Positions 1-9,474 of a DNA stretch of 64,000 nucleotides are shown here, piece after piece. The notes beneath the pieces were generated by a model. That model searched no databases, was not told the DNA's origin, and saw only the letters and a list, made by a program, of their open reading frames with translations. The stretch is from the NCBI GenBank assembly GCA_963663765.2, contig CAXXUA010000013.1, forward strand, positions 576,001 to 640,000, read 5' to 3'. This stretch comes from Candidatus Poribacteria bacterium (lineage in GTDB: Bacteria > Poribacteria > WGA-4E > WGA-3G). Each line of letters begins with the position of its first letter. The first letter of the stretch is position 1. The translations under genes were made by a program, and so were the position numbers.

Positions 1-124
1 TGGGTTTGTTGTGTTTTTTGTATTGAGAACAATAGAAATCATGTATAATCTATTCTAATTCTATTGTTGAAATGTCCTCCAACAAATATACTTCGTGACA
101 ATTGAATACCTCGTGGACTGTGAG

Positions 125-284
125 TAATACCATTTTCATGTGATAATGTCTCATTAGCAGCGGAAATCTGGTAGGAGCGACCTCACGGTCGCGACCGGGA
201 GGTCGCTCCTACCGAAGAGAGTAACCCCCTGCCAGTAAACAGTAGAATTCCTTAATGAGACAAGATTTATTTGAATTGGTATTA
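125..284. mobile_element. MITE-like element with ~32-bp imperfect TIRs enclosing a REP palindrome
   Basis: Left end taataccattttcatgtgataatgtctcatta versus reverse complement of right end taataccaattcaaataaatcttgtctcatta. Central palindrome ggtaggagcgacctcacggtcgcgaccgggaggtcgctcctacc at 170-213. Confidence 0.65.
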
Positions 285-423
285 TACCTTATGGTGGTAT
301 GGGTTTGTTGCATTTTTTGTTTTGAGAACAATAGAAATCATGTAGAATCTATTGTAATTCTATTGTTGAAATGTCCTCCAACAAATATACTTCGTGACAA
401 TTGAATACCTCGTGGACTGTGAG

Positions 424-582
424 TAATACCATTTCATGTGATAATGTCTCATTAGCAGCGGAAATCTGGTAGGAGCGACCTCACGGTCGCGACCGGGAGG
501 TCGCTCCTACCGAAGAGAGTAACCCCCTGCCAGTAAACAGTAGAATTCCTTAATGAGACAAGATTTATTTGAATTGGTATAA
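424..582. mobile_element. Second copy of the REP-carrying MITE
   Basis: Same TIRs; REP palindrome at 468-511. Confidence 0.6.
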
Positions 583-774
583 GTATCTTGTGTTCTGAAT
601 ATCGTATGAAGCAGATTACGCGGAGAAGATACATGCCACTGTTTGTATTGACGAGGTTATGCGTATCCTAAGCAATAAATCCTGATGTAGATAACATATC
701 CGCGTTTTCCGTGTAATCTACGCAATCCGCGATTCAGTAAACCAAAAACTTACACAGTCTAAACACCAATTCTT

Positions 775-803
775 TTGACAACTTCCGTGTGATATGGTAT
801 TAT
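775..803 (+). promoter_or_regulatory. sigma70-type promoter
   Basis: TTGACA (775-780), 17-bp spacer ending in TGG (extended -10), TATTAT (798-803). Confidence 0.65.
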
Positions 804-852
804 ACAAACATATCAGAATTGCATATATTGCCAAGTAAATTATGCCATTTAT

Positions 853-2275
853 AAAGAATCACGACAAAACCCCTACCTTTAGGTAGTGGGATGTAGTCGT
901 GCTAAGTGCTTGTGTCAAGAAAAAACTTGATTTTTGGTTTAAAACATGAGATACTCATTATACCAGTTCAGTGTAGGTGCTACTAACGCCTACACACCTT
1001 ATATTAGAGGGAACTGACATCTTCATAGGACTGGAATATCATCATGCTAAAAACACATAAGATTGCATTGAATCCAAATAACAATCAGCGAAAATGGTTT
1101 GCACAACAGTGTGGCTATGCGAGATTTGCATATAATCATGCATTAGCAGATTTCAAGTCTGCATTGGCAAATGATGAGTTCTTATCCGCTGCGAAGTTAA
1201 ACACTCGATTTAATATTGCTAAGAAAGCACATGCTTGGACTAAAGATATGGATCAGGTTGTAGCCAATAAAAGCATATTTGGTAACTTGTCTGCTGCACT
1301 TGCGAATTGGGTTGGTAAGCGTGCGAGATTTCCGAAGTTCAAGAAACGTGGCAAAAAGGACGCATTCACCACAAATAATCAATCTGTAGAAGTTGAAGGC
1401 AAGCGTATCAAACTTCCTAAGATTGGTTGGATTAGAATGTTTGAATCATTGCGTTTTGTGGGTAAGATTATGAAAGTGACGATCTCAAGGACAGCACATC
1501 GTTGGTTTGTATCTATCACCATAGAAACAGAGGACACCGAAGCAGTTGATAATTCAACGCACCCTGTGATTGGTGTAGATGTAGGCATTAACACACTTGC
1601 CACATTGAGTGATGGCACGAAATATGATAATCCAAGACCCCTGAAACGATATGAAAAGAAGTTAGCAAGAGAACAACGTAGATTAAGTAGAAAAGTTTTC
1701 AAGTCTAACAACTGGTTCAAACAAAAACACAAGTTAGAACGTATCTACTATCGTATCGCTTGTATCCGAAACGATGCACATCATAAAGCAACTACAGAGA
1801 TTGTCAACCTTGCATCTGTGATCGGTATTGAGACACTCAAGGTTACTAATATGCTGAAGAACAGAAACCTCGCAAAAGCATTGTCAGATACAGCATTAGG
1901 CAGTTTCCTGCTAAAACTCAAGACAAAAGCAGAAGTGCACGGTATACCTGTCAAAGAAGCAGATCAGTTCTTTGCAAGTAGTAAAACCTGTTCCGGTTGT
2001 GGACACAAAAAGAAAGACCTTACACTTTCAGAAAGAATGTATCACTGCAGTCAATGTGATATGTCTATAGATAGAGATGTCAACGCTGCAATAAACTTGA
2101 AACCAACTACGGTGGGACACACCGAAAGTCACGCCTGTGGAGTGCAAATAAGACCCAACGCTGTTCAGGAAAGGGCACGAGACACGGAAGCAGGAAAAGT
2201 CGTTTGGAAACAACTCAAACCGTTTCCAATATAAGAACTAAGAACCCCCATGCTTTAGCTTGGGGAGTATGTCAG
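853..2275 (+). mobile_element. IS200/IS605-family non-autonomous element (solo tnpB, IS1341-like) with IS608-like ends
   Basis: Left: TTAT (849-852), then AAAA-CCCCTACCTTTAGGTAGTGGG hairpin (866-890). Right: GAAC-CCCCATGCTTTAGCTTGGGG-AGTATG-TCAG (2242-2275), closely resembling the IS608 right end GAAT-CCCC...GGGG-AGTATG-TCAA as I recall it. No tnpA present. Confidence 0.85.
1044..2234 (+). CDS. tnpB: RNA-guided endonuclease TnpB
   Basis: N-terminal HTH (HKIALNPN...ARFAYN), RuvC-I GVDVG, RuvC-II IGIETL, Zn ribbon CSGC/CSQC, RuvC-III DRDVNAA. D-E-D triad intact. Confidence 0.95.
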   Translation: MLKTHKIALNPNNNQRKWFAQQCGYARFAYNHALADFKSALANDEFLSAAKLNTRFNIAKKAHAWTKDMDQVVANKSIFGNLSAALANWVGKRARFPKFKKRGKKDAFTTNNQSVEVEGKRIKLPKIGWIRMFESLRFVGKIMKVTISRTAHRWFVSITIETEDTEAVDNSTHPVIGVDVGINTLATLSDGTKYDNPRPLKRYEKKLAREQRRLSRKVFKSNNWFKQKHKLERIYYRIACIRNDAHHKATTEIVNLASVIGIETLKVTNMLKNRNLAKALSDTALGSFLLKLKTKAEVHGIPVKEADQFFASSKTCSGCGHKKKDLTLSERMYHCSQCDMSIDRDVNAAINLKPTTVGHTESHACGVQIRPNAVQERARDTEAGKVVWKQLKPFPI

Positions 2276-2295
2276 AAAGAATAAGATACCATTTG
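2100..2295 (+). ncRNA. Predicted omegaRNA (scaffold over the tnpB 3' end and right end; guide from 2276)
   Basis: Expected location for TnpB omegaRNA. The 5' boundary is a guess; the scaffold 3' boundary is TCAG at 2275. Confidence 0.55.
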
Positions 2296-2423
2296 TCGGG
2301 GAGTTCTTGTTGAGATGTTACCCTGGTCGTGACAAGAATGTCGCTCCTACCTGTTTAGTGAGTAATTAATTCTATAATCTACCATAATATTCAACCAATT
2401 TTACATAACAAAAGGAGTAAAAA

Positions 2424-5039
2424 ATGCAACGATTATTCACAATTTGGATCTGTATTATCTTAACTTGTGGTTTCTGTATACCAATAATAGCACAAGAGAC
2501 AAAGGAAGCAAAACCAGGTCCACAACCTGCAGCTTCAAAACAAAAGAAGGAATATGAAGACTTTAGTAAAGTAATAGAAGATAGTGAGAGTTATCAAGGA
2601 TATTTCAAACTCTACAAGAAAAAAGAGAACCTTTATTGCGAAATACAACCGTCCCAATTAAACAAACCTTTTCTGTGTATGACAAGCATTGCTCGTGGTT
2701 TAGGCACAGGATATCTGCTTTCAGGTATGACAATGGAAGAGTGGCTGCTTGAATGGCGACGTGTTGGTGATAAAGTCCATCTTGTACGCAAGAATGTCCG
2801 TTTTCGCGCTGATAAAGGCACACCAATAGCAGAAGCAGTAGACTTAGGTTATCGCGATTCAATCCTTTTCGCACTCAAACTTGAGAGTGTTCATCCACAG
2901 CGAAAAAGTTTGTTAGTTAATATTTCACCTGTTTTCATGTCAGATTTAGTGCCTCTGGCAGGTCAAATAGGCGGCGGTGCTCGTTTCGACAAAGGACGTA
3001 GCACATGGGGATCAATAAAAGGATTTCCAAAAAATGTAGAATTGAGAGTAGATGCTGTTTATTCTGCAAGCGGCAGCCGTGAAACGATCCCCGATAGCCG
3101 TGGTATTCAGTTATCTGTTCATTACAGTCTTGCGCAACTTCCTAACAACACCTATCAACCCAGATTAGCTGATGATCGTATGGGGCATTTCATGACGACC
3201 GTCAAAGACTTCTCGCTGAAAACCAGCGAAGAGCCCTTTATTCGTTATGTCAATCGTTGGCATCTGGAGAAGGCAGACAAAAATGCCAAACTTTCTCCTC
3301 CAAAAGACCCAATTGTCTTTTACATTGAGAAAACTGTACCACACCGTTTCCGTCCTTATGTCCGTCAAGGTATCTTGGAATGGAACAAGGCATTTGAAAA
3401 AGCAGGATTCATTGATGCAATTGAAGCCCGTATTCAACAAGATCATGAAGACTGGGACCCAGAAGATGCACGCTATAATACGATTCGTTGGGTTGTTGGT
3501 GCGTCCTTTGCAATTGGACCCTCGCGTGTGAATCCGCTAACAGGACAAATTCTGGATGCGGATATCCTTGTCGGTGAAAGTTGGATCAGGTCATGGATGC
3601 GTGAATACACAACCTTCTTTGAGGAAGTAGAACATGAACGCGAACACCCAATTGAACATGACGCACGACATAACTGTCAGATGGCTACTGGGCTTGCACG
3701 TGAAATGGGTTTCATGGCGAGTGTACTTCAAGCGAGAGGCTTAATTGAAGATGGCGAACTTCCAGAGGAATTTATCGGACAAGCACTCAAAGCACTAATT
3801 ATGCACGAAGTCGGACACACTTTGGGAATACGGCACAACTTTAAAGCAAGCACGATATATACACTTGACGAACTGAACAAAAAGACAGGGAAAGCACTTC
3901 ACGGTTCCGTGATGGAATACGATGCGGTCAATATTGCTGCAGAAGGTGAAAAACAGGGAGATTATTACACAACGACATTAGGTCCCTGGGACCACTGGGT
4001 AATTGAATACGCATATAAACCCATCGGTGGCAACAAACCTGAAGCAGAATTGCCAGAGCTGCAGAAGATCGCATCACGGGCAGCGACCTCAGAACTGAGA
4101 TTTGCAACTGATGGTGATGCTTCCATGTATCAATATCGCGACCTTGACCCATTAGTCAATCGTTGGGACCTGGGTGCGGACCCACTTAATTTTGCGAAAC
4201 AACGTCAAGCAATCGTAGCTGATCTTTGGGACGAGATTGCAGACAAAGTCACTACAGATGGCATGGGTTACCAACGCGTCCGACGTGCATTTAGGTCGCT
4301 ACTGGGGCAATATAGCCGTGCCATGTTCCTTGCAACACGGTTCATCGGTGGACAATACCATCATCGGGACCATAAAGGAGATGAAAATGGTCGTTTACCT
4401 TATGTACCAGTTCCTGCAAAGAAACAACGTGAAGCACTTAATTTCATTAAAGAACATGCGCTTTCTGACAAAACTTTTGATTTTCCACCCAAGCTGCTCA
4501 ACAGCATTGCAATAACACGATGGAGTGATTGGGGGACAAGCAGTAATAATTCGTCACGTTTGGATTACCCAATCCATGATGTTATATTACGGAATCAGAA
4601 CCAAATTTTGGGAAGGTTACTTGATCCAAATGTGCTTGCACGTGTGCAAGATACCGAGTTGAAGTTTTCTGACGAAGATGTATTCACAATGCCGGAACTC
4701 TTTACGGGTATTACGGACGCTGTCTGGGTAGAACTTGACAAGAATGCAGACGCACAGCAGTGGACAAACACAGATGCGTTTATATCCAGTTTCCGTCGCG
4801 GTTTGCAGCGCGAACACTTGAAGCAGCTCATTAAATTGGTATTAGACGCTGATAGTGGCACACCTGAAGATGCAAGATCGCTTGCACGGCTACATCTAAA
4901 ACAGATCAATACGCGTATCAAGAGTGTGATACAAAATACAAAAGATAAGTTGGATGATTACTCAATTGCACACCTTGAAGAATCACAAGTGCGTGTTGAG
5001 AAGGCATTAGATGCGAACTTCACTGTTGAGAAGCGTTAA
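2424..5039 (+). CDS. Secreted zinc-dependent met-zincin metalloprotease (DUF5118/DUF5117/DUF4953 architecture)
   Basis: Signal peptide; HEVGHTLGIRHNF zinc motif; SVMEY Met-turn; RLADDRMGHF and YVNRWHLE family motifs; RBS AAGGAG. Confidence 0.9.
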   Translation: MQRLFTIWICIILTCGFCIPIIAQETKEAKPGPQPAASKQKKEYEDFSKVIEDSESYQGYFKLYKKKENLYCEIQPSQLNKPFLCMTSIARGLGTGYLLSGMTMEEWLLEWRRVGDKVHLVRKNVRFRADKGTPIAEAVDLGYRDSILFALKLESVHPQRKSLLVNISPVFMSDLVPLAGQIGGGARFDKGRSTWGSIKGFPKNVELRVDAVYSASGSRETIPDSRGIQLSVHYSLAQLPNNTYQPRLADDRMGHFMTTVKDFSLKTSEEPFIRYVNRWHLEKADKNAKLSPPKDPIVFYIEKTVPHRFRPYVRQGILEWNKAFEKAGFIDAIEARIQQDHEDWDPEDARYNTIRWVVGASFAIGPSRVNPLTGQILDADILVGESWIRSWMREYTTFFEEVEHEREHPIEHDARHNCQMATGLAREMGFMASVLQARGLIEDGELPEEFIGQALKALIMHEVGHTLGIRHNFKASTIYTLDELNKKTGKALHGSVMEYDAVNIAAEGEKQGDYYTTTLGPWDHWVIEYAYKPIGGNKPEAELPELQKIASRAATSELRFATDGDASMYQYRDLDPLVNRWDLGADPLNFAKQRQAIVADLWDEIADKVTTDGMGYQRVRRAFRSLLGQYSRAMFLATRFIGGQYHHRDHKGDENGRLPYVPVPAKKQREALNFIKEHALSDKTFDFPPKLLNSIAITRWSDWGTSSNNSSRLDYPIHDVILRNQNQILGRLLDPNVLARVQDTELKFSDEDVFTMPELFTGITDAVWVELDKNADAQQWTNTDAFISSFRRGLQREHLKQLIKLVLDADSGTPEDARSLARLHLKQINTRIKSVIQNTKDKLDDYSIAHLEESQVRVEKALDANFTVEKR

Positions 5040-5070
5040 ATTCGTTTGTTTGTTGTTTTGTTTGAATGTG

Positions 5071-5095
5071 TAGGCGCGCTGATATAGCGCGCCTA
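5071..5095. terminator. GC-rich hairpin (terminator or REP-like)
   Basis: taggcgcgct-gatat-agcgcgccta, a perfect 10-bp stem whose 5' arm overlaps a GTAG (5070-5073). Confidence 0.45.
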
Positions 5096-5153
5096 ACAAC
5101 ACCCTATTGTCATAAGTCATAACTACCGCAATTCGTGAAGGAGATAAGGTATA

Positions 5154-7214
5154 ATGAAAACATTACACCATCTCATCATCACCATAGCCTTCTTTCTTTT
5201 GTTCTCTCTGCAAATATCCTCTGCACAAGATACCGCAAAATCACATTTGCCAGAAGGTGCAAAACTCCGTATTGGGAAAGGGACATTGGGTGAAATCGCT
5301 TATTTTCCTGATGGCACGCGGTTTGCGGTTGCAACTTCAATTGGTGTTTGTGTATATGACTCGCTCAATGGAAATGTTTTGTACCAACTTAAAGATCCCG
5401 CCAAATCTGTGTACGGCATCAACAGTGTCAGTTTTACTCCTGATGGCGAGACAATCGTTACCGAGGGCCCAAATGCAGATATTCTTTTGTGGAATGCAAA
5501 TTTAGGAAGTTTAAAACAAACTTTTACCGACAGTGAAATGCGACTCTATTCCCCAGTTTTTTTACCTGATGGAAAGTTGATTGCGGTACAGTGTTCAGAA
5601 AAACACTCATACGAGACTAAGACTCTCCGAATATATGATGTCCAAACTGCTGAACACTTGTACATATTGACCATACCTACTAATCGTTTTGATATCCGAT
5701 TTTCTTTCAACAAAAAGGTTTTAGCAACTTGGAGTAATTTTACCGATAGCGTAGGTGAAGTAAGTCTTTGGGATATTAAAACTGGAAAGGAAATTAAAAC
5801 TATTTATGCACATGAGCATAGTATTACCAGTGTCTGTTTTTCTCCCGATGGGAAAACTCTCCTAACAAGTGGGTTGGATAAAACTGCGCGTTTATGGGAT
5901 GTTGACACGGGTGAACACCTAAACTCCCTCACTCATGAAAATTCTGATGATTTCTCCTCTATCCGCTTTTCATCAGATGGAGAGACTATAGTTACTACTG
6001 ATTCATCCGATGGTTCGGTGCGTATCTGGGCAGTAAATACCGGACAATACTTAAAGAGTTTTTTTGGACTGACGGAAGGTAAAGCTTCTTGTGTATGCTT
6101 TTCTCCAAATGGAAAAATTATCGCTGCCTCTGGGACTGACGGTACGATACTTCTATGGTCTACTAACACGGCTCAACAACTGATAAGACTTATTGGACAT
6201 GAGGGACAAGTTAACACGGTTTCCTTTTCTCCTGATAGCATGACTATTCTTAGCAAGGGAACAGACAACACAGTACGCCTCTGGAATGCAATTACAGGAC
6301 AACTTATAATAACTCTGAATGGGTACACGAACAGTGTCAATGCACTTGCCTATTCTCCTGATGGGAAGATATTTGTGAGTGGGAGTTCTCTCAATAACGT
6401 TAGTTTATGGGATGCAAATTCAGGACACCTTTTGAAAGCTTTGAAAGGTCATGCCGCTGCTATCAAGAGCGTATGTTTTTCTCCAGATGGAAAAACTATT
6501 GCCACTGGAAGTTCCGACAAAACTATCAGGTTATGGAATGTTAGCACGGGAGAGCATATAAAAACAATTACTGGACTTGATAGGAGCATCAATAGTGTTA
6601 GTTTTTCTCTGGATGGACAAACACTTGTAGGCTACTCTCGGTATAGTAAAGTATATTTTTGGAACGTAAACACTGGACAACAAATAAAAACACTAAACGG
6701 AGATTTGGTCTCACCTGATGGAAAAACACTGATATTGGTTGAACACTTTACTGCTGAAGATGGTTGTGTTGAAGGTGGTGATAGTTTCCTGTACCTTTCT
6801 GATATTGATACAGAAGAATTCCTAAGTAAAATTACATATTCGGGTAATTTATCTGTTGAGTGTTTTTCGCAGAACGGTAAATGGTTTGCCACCTTTGATG
6901 AATACAATTCAACGGTAGAAATATGGGATGTTACTTCTGGGCATGTTATTAATAGTCTTAGGGGGCATGTGAGTCTTCCTTACTATGGTGTAGGTAATAT
7001 TGTTGTAGTACGCTTTTCTCCAAATGGAAAAACTATTGCTACGGCAAGTAGTGTGGATGCAACAGTAATAATATGGAATCCCAACTCTGGAGAACGTCTC
7101 AAAACACTCACTGGACATACAGGTGGGATTAGTTCAATTGCATTCAGTCCAGACGGAAAAACACTCGCCAGTGGTAGTATGGACGGAACAATATTATTAT
7201 GGGAAGTTCCATAA
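5154..7214 (+). CDS. Secreted WD40-repeat beta-propeller protein
   Basis: Signal peptide; LPEGAKLRIGKG leader; ~14 GH...FSPDG...WD repeats. Confidence 0.92.
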   Translation: MKTLHHLIITIAFFLLFSLQISSAQDTAKSHLPEGAKLRIGKGTLGEIAYFPDGTRFAVATSIGVCVYDSLNGNVLYQLKDPAKSVYGINSVSFTPDGETIVTEGPNADILLWNANLGSLKQTFTDSEMRLYSPVFLPDGKLIAVQCSEKHSYETKTLRIYDVQTAEHLYILTIPTNRFDIRFSFNKKVLATWSNFTDSVGEVSLWDIKTGKEIKTIYAHEHSITSVCFSPDGKTLLTSGLDKTARLWDVDTGEHLNSLTHENSDDFSSIRFSSDGETIVTTDSSDGSVRIWAVNTGQYLKSFFGLTEGKASCVCFSPNGKIIAASGTDGTILLWSTNTAQQLIRLIGHEGQVNTVSFSPDSMTILSKGTDNTVRLWNAITGQLIITLNGYTNSVNALAYSPDGKIFVSGSSLNNVSLWDANSGHLLKALKGHAAAIKSVCFSPDGKTIATGSSDKTIRLWNVSTGEHIKTITGLDRSINSVSFSLDGQTLVGYSRYSKVYFWNVNTGQQIKTLNGDLVSPDGKTLILVEHFTAEDGCVEGGDSFLYLSDIDTEEFLSKITYSGNLSVECFSQNGKWFATFDEYNSTVEIWDVTSGHVINSLRGHVSLPYYGVGNIVVVRFSPNGKTIATASSVDATVIIWNPNSGERLKTLTGHTGGISSIAFSPDGKTLASGSMDGTILLWEVP

Positions 7215-7239
7215 TCGAGGGTTGAATTTACTGAAGAAA

Positions 7240-7308
7240 CATTTTGAAAAATAACAAGTGCGTGTAGAAAAAGTTATAGATGCAGGTTTCCAAGTACAGA
7301 AACGTTAG
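7240..7308 (+). pseudogene. Relic of the metalloprotease 3' end
   Basis: Reads HFEK*QVRVEKVIDAGFQVQKR* versus protease C-terminus HLEESQVRVEKALDANFTVEKR* (4971-5039); both 69 nt, ungapped. Confidence 0.75.
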
Positions 7309-7396
7309 AAATGACTTCGGATCGGATTAGTAAAACCTAAAAAGATCTGAACACCCCTGGTGAATCAACGCCAAATGAGCTTTTTGTCATTTATCG

Positions 7397-7422
7397 GGTG
7401 CGGTTTCCTAACAGCACCTACC
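7397..7422 (-). repeat. GTAG-type REP hairpin (second family)
   Basis: Reverse complement ggtaggtgctgttaggaaaccgcacc; related to the REPs at ~51231-51301 and ~61170-61240. Confidence 0.55.
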
Positions 7423-7478
7423 ACAGTGTCCAACTAATTATAGATTCCACATATTATATATCCAAAAGGAGCACCGTC

Positions 7479-9455
7479 ATGAGAAAATCACATTTATATC
7501 AACAGCTAAACTTAATAGTTATCATCTCAATGTTGTTATGTGTTTATGGACTATTCTTTGCATACGGAGATCCACCAGACATTACCCAATTAGGTCTACC
7601 CGATGGTGCAATTGCACGACTCGGCATAGGTGGGATTGAGAATATATCGATTTCTCCGAATGGCAAACAGTTAGCAATTGCAAGCCATATAGGGGTTTGG
7701 TTGTATGATGCACAAACGGGTGAGGTAATTTCACTCTATACTGAACATGAGACTTCTGTCCGTTCAGTTGCATTCTCCCCGGATGGATTCACTCTTGCCA
7801 GTGGTGGTGGATTGGGGAAAGACAGATCTATACGACTTTGGGATATAAGGACTGGTGAACACAGTGTGCTTTCTTCAAGTGACTACAATGACGTAGGGAC
7901 ATTGTCATTTTCGTCAGATGGAAATTTACTTGTAAGTGGACATCATGGTGGTAATGTTATCTTGTGGGATGTAACCACTGCTAATAAACTCAAGCATAAA
8001 CTTTTGGGGAATAAGAATCAAGTTTTGGAAGTAGCGTTTTCACCTGATGGCAAGACTGTCGCGATAGGTAGTTTAGATGCTACGCTTCGACTCTGGGATG
8101 TAGATACGGGACAACTTAAACACGCGTGTTTTGGACATACAGATTGGGTTAGAACTGTAGCGTTTTCACCTGATAGTTCTATCATTGCAAGTGGAAGTGG
8201 CGATGGAACTATTCGGTTGTGGGATGTTGAAACGGGATTACACAAAAGCACATTTAAAGGGCTATCAAAATTGGTTAGCACTGTAAGGTTTAGCCATGAT
8301 GGTAACTACCTTGTGTGTGGCTATGGCTATAATAAAGATATACAGTTCTGGAATGTAACGACAGGAAAGGTTGAGCAAGTAATTCGCGTTCCTGATGATG
8401 GAATTACAGAAGTCTTGTATTCTCCAGATAAGAAAACACTTATTGGTATGCATTGGGATGGTAACATTCATTTTTGGGACCTTGATACAGGTACAATTAA
8501 ATTTAGCATAAAAAATTATACACGCAATGCGTATGCGCTTGCATACGCTACAGATGGTAAAACATTAGCAAGCACGGCTGGTGATGGGATAGCGTTGTGG
8601 GATATAGAAACCAGAACGCAACAGTTGACCCTTATGAAACAGCAAAAGGGAGCAAAATCTATAGCTGCATTAGCATTTTCTCCTGATAATCGCACAATCG
8701 CAAGTGGGGATTGGAACGGAATCGTCAATTTATGGGATACTACTATCGGTGAACATATACGTACTCTGAAAGGACATACTGATGATGTCCGTTCTGTAGC
8801 GTTTTCCTCAGATGGAAAATTGTTAGCAAGCGCAGGTAATGACCACGCAATCCACATTTGGGATGTTAAAACTGGGGAACAAATACATGTGCTTGAAGAA
8901 GAACGCGAACGCGCTTTTTCAGTTGCTTTTTCTCCTGATAATCTGACCTTAGCAAGTGGTGGATTCAACGGTGTAATTCGTTTCTGGGATGTTGTCACTG
9001 GTGAACAAAAAATGATGATACCGAAAACTGGAAACGGTTTCTCTATCGCATATTCTCCAAATGGAGTTTTACTTGCAACAACAGGAATGACAGTAAAACT
9101 GTGGCACGCGAAGACAGGGGAGGAGATGCTCAAATTGGATTACAACTCGAAGATTTTGGATACGCAGGTGCAATTAGCAGGGAGAGATCCAGAAAAAATG
9201 AGAGGCATCATAAGGGATTTCCAAATAAATATGATGAATATGGCAGAAAATGTTGCATTTTCTCCTGACGGAAAGACGCTTGCTGTTGCTCGTAGTGACG
9301 GTCCTATAAACTTGTGGGATATAGAAACCCAAACTCTCAAAAAGTCATTCTCTGGACATAAATGGACGGTTGAGTCAATCGCTTTTGCACCTGATGGTAA
9401 GACGCTCGCAAGTGGTAGTACTGACGGTTCAATACTTTTATGGGAAGTGCCGTAA
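7479..9455 (+). CDS. Secreted WD40-repeat protein, paralog of 5154-7214
   Basis: Start moved to ATG 7479 after AAGGAG; hydrophobic N-terminus; LPDGAIARLG; ~14 WD repeats; same ILLWEVP C-terminus. Confidence 0.9.
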   Translation: MRKSHLYQQLNLIVIISMLLCVYGLFFAYGDPPDITQLGLPDGAIARLGIGGIENISISPNGKQLAIASHIGVWLYDAQTGEVISLYTEHETSVRSVAFSPDGFTLASGGGLGKDRSIRLWDIRTGEHSVLSSSDYNDVGTLSFSSDGNLLVSGHHGGNVILWDVTTANKLKHKLLGNKNQVLEVAFSPDGKTVAIGSLDATLRLWDVDTGQLKHACFGHTDWVRTVAFSPDSSIIASGSGDGTIRLWDVETGLHKSTFKGLSKLVSTVRFSHDGNYLVCGYGYNKDIQFWNVTTGKVEQVIRVPDDGITEVLYSPDKKTLIGMHWDGNIHFWDLDTGTIKFSIKNYTRNAYALAYATDGKTLASTAGDGIALWDIETRTQQLTLMKQQKGAKSIAALAFSPDNRTIASGDWNGIVNLWDTTIGEHIRTLKGHTDDVRSVAFSSDGKLLASAGNDHAIHIWDVKTGEQIHVLEEERERAFSVAFSPDNLTLASGGFNGVIRFWDVVTGEQKMMIPKTGNGFSIAYSPNGVLLATTGMTVKLWHAKTGEEMLKLDYNSKILDTQVQLAGRDPEKMRGIIRDFQINMMNMAENVAFSPDGKTLAVARSDGPINLWDIETQTLKKSFSGHKWTVESIAFAPDGKTLASGSTDGSILLWEVP

Positions 9456-9474
9456 TGGAGGGTTGAATTTACTG

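Larger units (their letters stand above)
1..582. repeat. Tandem direct repeat, two copies of a ~299-bp unit (may extend left of the window)
   Basis: 1-~284 recurs at 300-~582 with few substitutions (tgggtttgttg...gaattggtat). Confidence 0.9.

Noticed and set aside
590-740. Imperfect inverted repeat (cagattacgcgga ... tccgtgtaatct)
   Set aside because: Too degenerate to call; probably a decayed repeat.
1044-2234. Cas12f or a nuclease-dead TldR
   Set aside because: No CRISPR array, transposon end hairpins are present, and the RuvC D-E-D triad is intact.
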